Source of the DNA: an uncultured Alphaproteobacteria bacterium
Lineage (GTDB): Bacteria > Pseudomonadota > Alphaproteobacteria > HIMB59
Direction of reading: 5' to 3'
Assembly: GCA_902542505.1 (NCBI GenBank)
Contig: CACBUI010000001.1
Span: 83-64,082, forward strand
DNA: 64,000 nt
This document shows, one piece after another, positions 58,706-64,000 of the stretch (position 1 is its first letter; each line of letters begins with the position of its first letter). Below the pieces are notes generated by a model, which saw nothing but the letters and a program-made list of their open reading frames with translations, searched no databases and was not told the DNA's origin. The translations under genes and the position numbers were made by a program.

Positions 58706-59950
58706 TTGATAAAATTAAATAAAAAATTTTTAATTTATGGATATGGTGTAAGCGGGAAATCAGTAGAAAAATATCTTATAAATAATAATTGTAATTTTAA
58801 TATATATGATGATTTTAAAAAAATTATAAATAAAAGAGTAATTAGCAAAAAGTATTTAGAAAATAAAATTAATCAATATAGTTATCTCGTAGTATCTCCA
58901 TCAATCAAGATTGAAAAAAATCATTTTTTATATAAACATAAAAATAAAATTTTAATCGATTTAGATTTTTTAAGTTTAGAAATATCCTCGCAAAAAATAT
59001 TGGGCGTAACAGGAACAGAGGGTAAATCTTCAACTTGTAGTTATATTAATCAAATACTTTCAAAAAAATATAAAACTAAAATTATTGGCAATTTTGGAAA
59101 TACTATTTTGAACAAAACAAATTTAAAAAAATATTTATCAAAAATAGATATTTTAATTATTGAATTAAGTTCATATCAATTAGATAAATTGAAATTTTTA
59201 AAATTACATTATGCTTTGATTACAAATATATTTAGTGATCATTTAGATTACCATACAAATATTAAAAATTACATTAGCTCTAAATTTCGAATACAAGATT
59301 TTTTATATAAAAATTCACCTTTATTTTTATCAAATTACTTATTTCTAAAACATCGAAGTCATTTGAAAATCAATAAAAATAGATTAATTTTGAATGATGA
59401 AAAAATAATACTTAAAAAAGAACTCCCCAACCATATTAGAGAATTAAATTTATACTCAATTAAAAATTTGATTTATTTTATCGATTCACGAATAAAAATA
59501 AAAAATATTAATGTTTATGATGATTTAAGTTATAGAATTCAGCTAATTTATAATAAAAATTCTCTAAAAATTTATAATGATAGCAAGTGCACTAACTTAA
59601 ATAACGCTGTTTATAAAAATAATTTAATTAATAGTTCAAAAAAAATTTTAATCCTTGGGGGCATACTTAAGAAACAAGATAAAAATTTAAAATTTAATAT
59701 TAAAAATACATTAGTGCTAACATTTGGTAATCAAAGAGATTTATTTATTAATCAATTAAATTTTATTGACTCTAATTATTTTAAATTTAATAGACTTATT
59801 GAATTAATAAAATTTCTTAAATTAATAGTTAAATTACGTAAATTTGAATATATACTTTTTTCTCCTGGTGGTGAGTCTTTTGACTCTTTTAAAAATTATA
59901 TAGATCGTGGAAATTATTTTAATCGACTTATAAAAAAAGCCATATCTTGA
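58706..59950 (+). CDS. murD: UDP-MurNAc-L-Ala--D-Glu ligase
   Basis: GYGVSG, TGTEGKSST, ELSSYQL, DHLDYH, NDSKCTN, SPGGESFD..RG. Confidence 0.92.
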   Translation: MIKLNKKFLIYGYGVSGKSVEKYLINNNCNFNIYDDFKKIINKRVISKKYLENKINQYSYLVVSPSIKIEKNHFLYKHKNKILIDLDFLSLEISSQKILGVTGTEGKSSTCSYINQILSKKYKTKIIGNFGNTILNKTNLKKYLSKIDILIIELSSYQLDKLKFLKLHYALITNIFSDHLDYHTNIKNYISSKFRIQDFLYKNSPLFLSNYLFLKHRSHLKINKNRLILNDEKIILKKELPNHIRELNLYSIKNLIYFIDSRIKIKNINVYDDLSYRIQLIYNKNSLKIYNDSKCTNLNNAVYKNNLINSSKKILILGGILKKQDKNLKFNIKNTLVLTFGNQRDLFINQLNFIDSNYFKFNRLIELIKFLKLIVKLRKFEYILFSPGGESFDSFKNYIDRGNYFNRLIKKAIS

Positions 59951-61047
59951 AAAATATACTTTTTAGAGATGACAAAAGTTTATTAGGATCTAATTGGTAT
60001 ATATTATCAAAAAAACTTTTTATAATTCCATTTATTTTATCATTCATTGGCATCCTTGCTATTTATTCTTTAATAGGTACTGAATATTCTATTTTATTAA
60101 TACTAAAACATATTATTTTTTTATCTGTATCTCTGAGTGTTTTAATTTTTATATCTTTATTGTCTAAAAATAATTTAAGAAAATTTCTAAATATCTTGAG
60201 TATTTTTTTTATTTTACTTTTATTAATTGTGCCAATTTTTGGGTATGAAATTAAAGGTGCAACGAGATGGTTAAGTTTTAATTTTATTTCTATTCAGCCT
60301 TCTGAATTACTAAAAGGACCTCTTATTTGTATGTTTTCTTGGTTTTGTTATTTATATACTAAAACAAAAAATAATTTTTATTTATTATTAAGTTTTGCAA
60401 TATTAAGTACAGTTATAATACTTCTACTTCTCCAACCAGATATAGGAACATTATTGGTTTATATTTCAATTTTTTCTTTAATTTTAATTTTATATTTTAG
60501 AAATTTAAAACTTCTAATTTTATTAGCCTTTATAGGATTTTTTTTTCTGTTAATTGCCTATTTTTCGTTTGATCATGTTTCATACAGAATTGATAATTTC
60601 CTAAATGGTGACAACTCTCAAGTTTCGAAAAGTTTATCAGCAATTAAAACTGGTGGGTTATTTGGTGTAGGTTTGGGTGAAGGTCAACTTAAATACTCAA
60701 TCCCTGAGTCTCATAATGACTTTATATTTGCTATTTTAATTGAGGAATTTGGTGTCTTATTTGGTCTATTTGTTGCCTTTTTGTATCCAGTATTTTTCAT
60801 ATTGGTAAGAAGATCTATTTTGAGTCCATCAAATTTATTTATTACTAATACGATTTTCAGTTTATGCTTTTTGATGTGTTTGCAAGCATTTGTGAATATA
60901 GGTTCTTCTATTAAACTTATACCACCTACTGGAATGACATTGCCATTTATTAGCTACGGAGGATCATCAATGCTTTCTTATGCTATAATATTTGGTACAG
61001 TCATCAACTTTAGTAAGAATGAAGAGAGTACTGCAAATAATTCATAG
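59947..61047 (+). CDS. ftsW: SEDS family peptidoglycan glycosyltransferase FtsW
   Basis: KGATRW, IQPSE, QPDIG, PESHNDFIF, TGMTLPFISYGGSS. Confidence 0.93.
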   Translation: MKNILFRDDKSLLGSNWYILSKKLFIIPFILSFIGILAIYSLIGTEYSILLILKHIIFLSVSLSVLIFISLLSKNNLRKFLNILSIFFILLLLIVPIFGYEIKGATRWLSFNFISIQPSELLKGPLICMFSWFCYLYTKTKNNFYLLLSFAILSTVIILLLLQPDIGTLLVYISIFSLILILYFRNLKLLILLAFIGFFFLLIAYFSFDHVSYRIDNFLNGDNSQVSKSLSAIKTGGLFGVGLGEGQLKYSIPESHNDFIFAILIEEFGVLFGLFVAFLYPVFFILVRRSILSPSNLFITNTIFSLCFLMCLQAFVNIGSSIKLIPPTGMTLPFISYGGSSMLSYAIIFGTVINFSKNEESTANNS

Positions 61048-61690
61048 TGAAGTTGCTGACGTAAGCGTAGTATCAAAATTTTTTCAAAAAAAACATAAAA
61101 CCTCTACAATCTTTTATAAAAATTTACATTTTTTAAAAAAAAAAGATATCGATCAATTTGATTTATTTATTTTTCACGGTGGTAAACAGAGTGCAAATAG
61201 TAAATCAAACGCTATTTCTTATGAATATAAATTTCTGAATTATATAATAAAAAAAAATAAAAAGATTGTTGGTATTTGTTTAGGTGCTCAATTAATCGCA
61301 AAAATTTTTGGTTCAAAAATATCTAAATCAAAAACTAAATTATTTGAGTGTGGTTATAAGAAAAATTTGAAAAAAAATAATAAAGTTTTTAAAAATAATT
61401 TTTCTTTTTTACAATTTCACACAGAGGGTATTTCCTATAATAAAAATATGGAATTATTATCTAAGGGTATTTTGTATGAAGTAGACTCTTTTAAAATAAA
61501 CAGAAAAGATATATATGGTTTTCAATTCCACCCAGAGGTAACGTCTAATACTATTAAAAGATGGCACGATATAGTTAAAATAAAATATCCATACATAGAT
61601 AATTTAAATAAAATAATGAAAGACTTTAAAAAATACCAGTTTAAAAATTATGATTGGTTTCAAAGTTTTTTATTAAAGCTTTTAAAATGA
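61019..61690 (+). CDS. Class I glutamine amidotransferase-like protein
   Basis: GICLGAQ nucleophile elbow, FQFHPE; ATG at 61019 preferred to the track's 60992. Confidence 0.85.
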   Translation: MKRVLQIIHSEVADVSVVSKFFQKKHKTSTIFYKNLHFLKKKDIDQFDLFIFHGGKQSANSKSNAISYEYKFLNYIIKKNKKIVGICLGAQLIAKIFGSKISKSKTKLFECGYKKNLKKNNKVFKNNFSFLQFHTEGISYNKNMELLSKGILYEVDSFKINRKDIYGFQFHPEVTSNTIKRWHDIVKIKYPYIDNLNKIMKDFKKYQFKNYDWFQSFLLKLLK

Positions 61691-62607
61691 TAAACATTAT
61701 ATTTTCAGAAGAATACAAAAATCATGATACAGGAAATCATCCTGAGTCAATCAAAAGGATAGAGGTTGTAAATAACTTAATAAAAGAAGAGTATTCAAAA
61801 CATAATTTTATTGAACCGACTATTGCTGAAAAACAAATTATATCTTTGGTACATGATATTAATTATGTGAATTATATTTTTGATTCTATTCCTACTTCCG
61901 GTTTTACTTATCTTGATCCTGATACAATTGCTTGTCCAAATAGTTTAAATAGTTATCTTCTAGCTGTTGGTGGTAGTGTTGATGCAGTTAACTATATTAT
62001 AAATAATAAAAATAACGGCGTTTTTTTTTGTGCACATAGACCGCCAGGTCATCATGCTGAGAGCAATAAAGCTATGGGCTTTGGGGTATTTAACAACGTC
62101 GCCATTTCAGCTCAATATGCATTAAATACTGGAAAATTTAAAAAAATATTAATTGTAGATTTTGATGTACATCATGGAAATGGTACTCAACATATTTTTG
62201 AAAATAACCCTAATATTTACTACGCATCAAGTCATCAATACCCTTATTATCCAGGGACTGGATCACTTGACGAAGTTGGTGTTGGGAATATATTTAATTG
62301 TCCATTGCCTAGTGATTGTGATACTAGCACTTTTAGATCCTTATTTAGAAAAAATATAGTTGATAAAATTGATACAAAATTTGATTTGATATATTTCTCT
62401 GCTGGTTTTGATGCACATAAACTAGATCCTCTAGCATCTATAAATTTAGAGGATGATGACTTTTACTGGGTGACAAAAATTATATTGGAAAAATTTGCAA
62501 ATAATGTTCCAATAATATCTGTCTTAGAGGGCGGATACGATATGATAGGTTTGCATAATGGTTTAAATAACCATCTTAAAAGATTAGTTGAGTACTCAAA
62601 TGAATAA
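61687..62607 (+). CDS. Histone deacetylase family (Zn-dependent amidohydrolase)
   Basis: HPE, RPPGHHA, DFDVHHGNGTQ, SAGFDAH, LEGGY; ATG at 61687 (ATGA overlap). Confidence 0.93.
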   Translation: MINIIFSEEYKNHDTGNHPESIKRIEVVNNLIKEEYSKHNFIEPTIAEKQIISLVHDINYVNYIFDSIPTSGFTYLDPDTIACPNSLNSYLLAVGGSVDAVNYIINNKNNGVFFCAHRPPGHHAESNKAMGFGVFNNVAISAQYALNTGKFKKILIVDFDVHHGNGTQHIFENNPNIYYASSHQYPYYPGTGSLDEVGVGNIFNCPLPSDCDTSTFRSLFRKNIVDKIDTKFDLIYFSAGFDAHKLDPLASINLEDDDFYWVTKIILEKFANNVPIISVLEGGYDMIGLHNGLNNHLKRLVEYSNE

Positions 62608-62824
62608 AAAAAAAGAAAATAACTTTGAAAGTGCACTAAAAAGATTGGAGGAAATATCTGATTTATTAGAGAATGAAGATACTCCCCTTGAGGATAGTAT
62701 AAAGCTATTTGAAGAGGGAATAGAGCTAAAAGAATTTTGCGAAGACAAACTAAAATCTGCAAAACTTAAAATAGATAAAATTGTGAAGAGAAATAAATCT
62801 TTAACTTCAACCGAATTCAAATAA
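62600..62824 (+). CDS. xseB: Exodeoxyribonuclease VII small subunit
   Basis: FESALKRLEEI..LE...PLEDSIKLFEEG...C...L..A. Confidence 0.92.
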   Translation: MNKKKENNFESALKRLEEISDLLENEDTPLEDSIKLFEEGIELKEFCEDKLKSAKLKIDKIVKRNKSLTSTEFK

Positions 62825-62836
62825 CTTAAAATTCAA

Positions 62837-64000
62837 ATGTCAATTTTAAGTAAAATTAACCTGCCTAAAGATTTAAAGAAATTATCATTTAATCAATTAC
62901 GAAAACTTAATGATGAGTTAAGAGATTATACAATTCAAGTAGTATCGAAAACAGGAGGTCATTTAGGAGCTAGTTTGGGAGTAATAGAATTAACATCAGC
63001 TTTACATTATGTCTTTGATACTCCAAGAGATAAAATTATTTGGGATGTAGGTCATCAAACTTACCCCCATAAAATATTAACTGGTAGAAAAAGCAAAATT
63101 CATACATTAAGAAAAAAAAATGGTTTATCAGGTTTTACTAAAAGATCTGAGAGCATTTATGACCCTTTTGGAGCCGCACATAGCTCTACTTCTGTTTCAG
63201 CCAATTTAGGGATTACGGCTGCCAGAGATATGCTCAATCAAAATTTTGATGTTATTAGTATTATTGGTGATGGTGCTATTAGTGCAGGATTGGCTTATGA
63301 AGGTCTTAACAATTTAGGGCATTTAAATAAAAATTCCCTGATTATTTTAAATGATAATGAAATGTCTATAGCAGAACCAGTAGGTGCAATGAGTAAATAT
63401 CTTGTAAAACTATTAAGTTCAAAATCATATGAAAGCTTTAGAGATATTATAAAAAATTTTACTAAAAGATTACCCAACGAAGTAGGGGATTTTGCAAAAA
63501 AAACTGAGGGTTATTTAAAAGGATATTTAACTGGAAATACATTATTTGAAGAACTTGGTTTGAACTATTTAGGCCCTATTGACGGACACAATCTAAAATT
63601 ATTGGTTCAATTATTTAAAAAATACAAAAATAAGGAATTACATGGTCCTGTTTTTTTACATTTAATTACTAAAAAAGGAAAAGGTTACAAACCTGCAGAA
63701 AGTTCAAAAGATAAATTTCACGGCGTATCTTCTTTTAACTTAAAAACTGGTGTTCAAAATAAATCTAAAGAAAAAACGTTCACTAATGTTGTAAGTGACA
63801 CTCTTTTAAAATTAGCAAAAAAGGATAATAAAATAGTTGCTATCACAGCTGCTATGCCCTCAGGAACAGGTTTGGATAAATTCAAAGAAATTTTTCCAAA
63901 TCGTTTCTTTGATGTAGGAATAGCAGAACAACATGCTGTAACCTTTGCTGGAGGTATGGCGACTGAAAAAGTTAAGCCTTTTGTGGCAATATATTCCACC
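62837..64000 (+). CDS. dxs: 1-deoxy-D-xylulose-5-phosphate synthase, runs off the window's right edge
   Basis: Manual translation from ATG 62837: GGHLGASLG, WDVGHQTYPHKILTGR, GDGA, LNDNEMSI, GPIDGH, FDVGIAEQHAVTFAGG. Not in the ORF track. Confidence 0.97.
   Translation, partial: MSILSKINLPKDLKKLSFNQLRKLNDELRDYTIQVVSKTGGHLGASLGVIELTSALHYVFDTPRDKIIWDVGHQTYPHKILTGRKSKIHTLRKKNGLSGFTKRSESIYDPFGAAHSSTSVSANLGITAARDMLNQNFDVISIIGDGAISAGLAYEGLNNLGHLNKNSLIILNDNEMSIAEPVGAMSKYLVKLLSSKSYESFRDIIKNFTKRLPNEVGDFAKKTEGYLKGYLTGNTLFEELGLNYLGPIDGHNLKLLVQLFKKYKNKELHGPVFLHLITKKGKGYKPAESSKDKFHGVSSFNLKTGVQNKSKEKTFTNVVSDTLLKLAKKDNKIVAITAAMPSGTGLDKFKEIFPNRFFDVGIAEQHAVTFAGGMATEKVKPFVAIYST

Overview
Very AT-rich (about 25% GC by eye), almost gap-free core-genome segment of a streamlined alphaproteobacterium. 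Gene order and compaction resemble marine SAR11/HIMB59-type oligotrophs (inference). It holds about 60 mostly housekeeping CDSs: cobS-dnaJ/bolA, aroKB, xerD-accA, secA, lysC-rodZ-ispG-hisS-prfA-prmC, murJ, carAB-greA, dnaG-rpoD, mlaAC, uvrD, bamD-recN-ligA, a truncated dcw cluster (mraZ to ftsW) and xseB-dxs. It also holds two tRNAs (Val-GAC, Ile2-CAT) and the RNase P RNA. I found no mobile elements, prophage or CRISPR. The strongest non-gene signal is window-wide: GAWTC is depleted and GASTC enriched (manual count about 41 vs about 99, the reverse of what base composition predicts), which suggests a GAWTC-specific CcrM-like methylation system shaping codon choice. Other oddities are a +1 homopolymer frameshift in secA, C at the normally invariant U33 of tRNA-Val, a split and eroded dcw cluster with a 2-bp head-to-head junction, an orphan MotA/MotB-like pair with a long coiled coil, and signs of leaderless and overlap-coupled translation.
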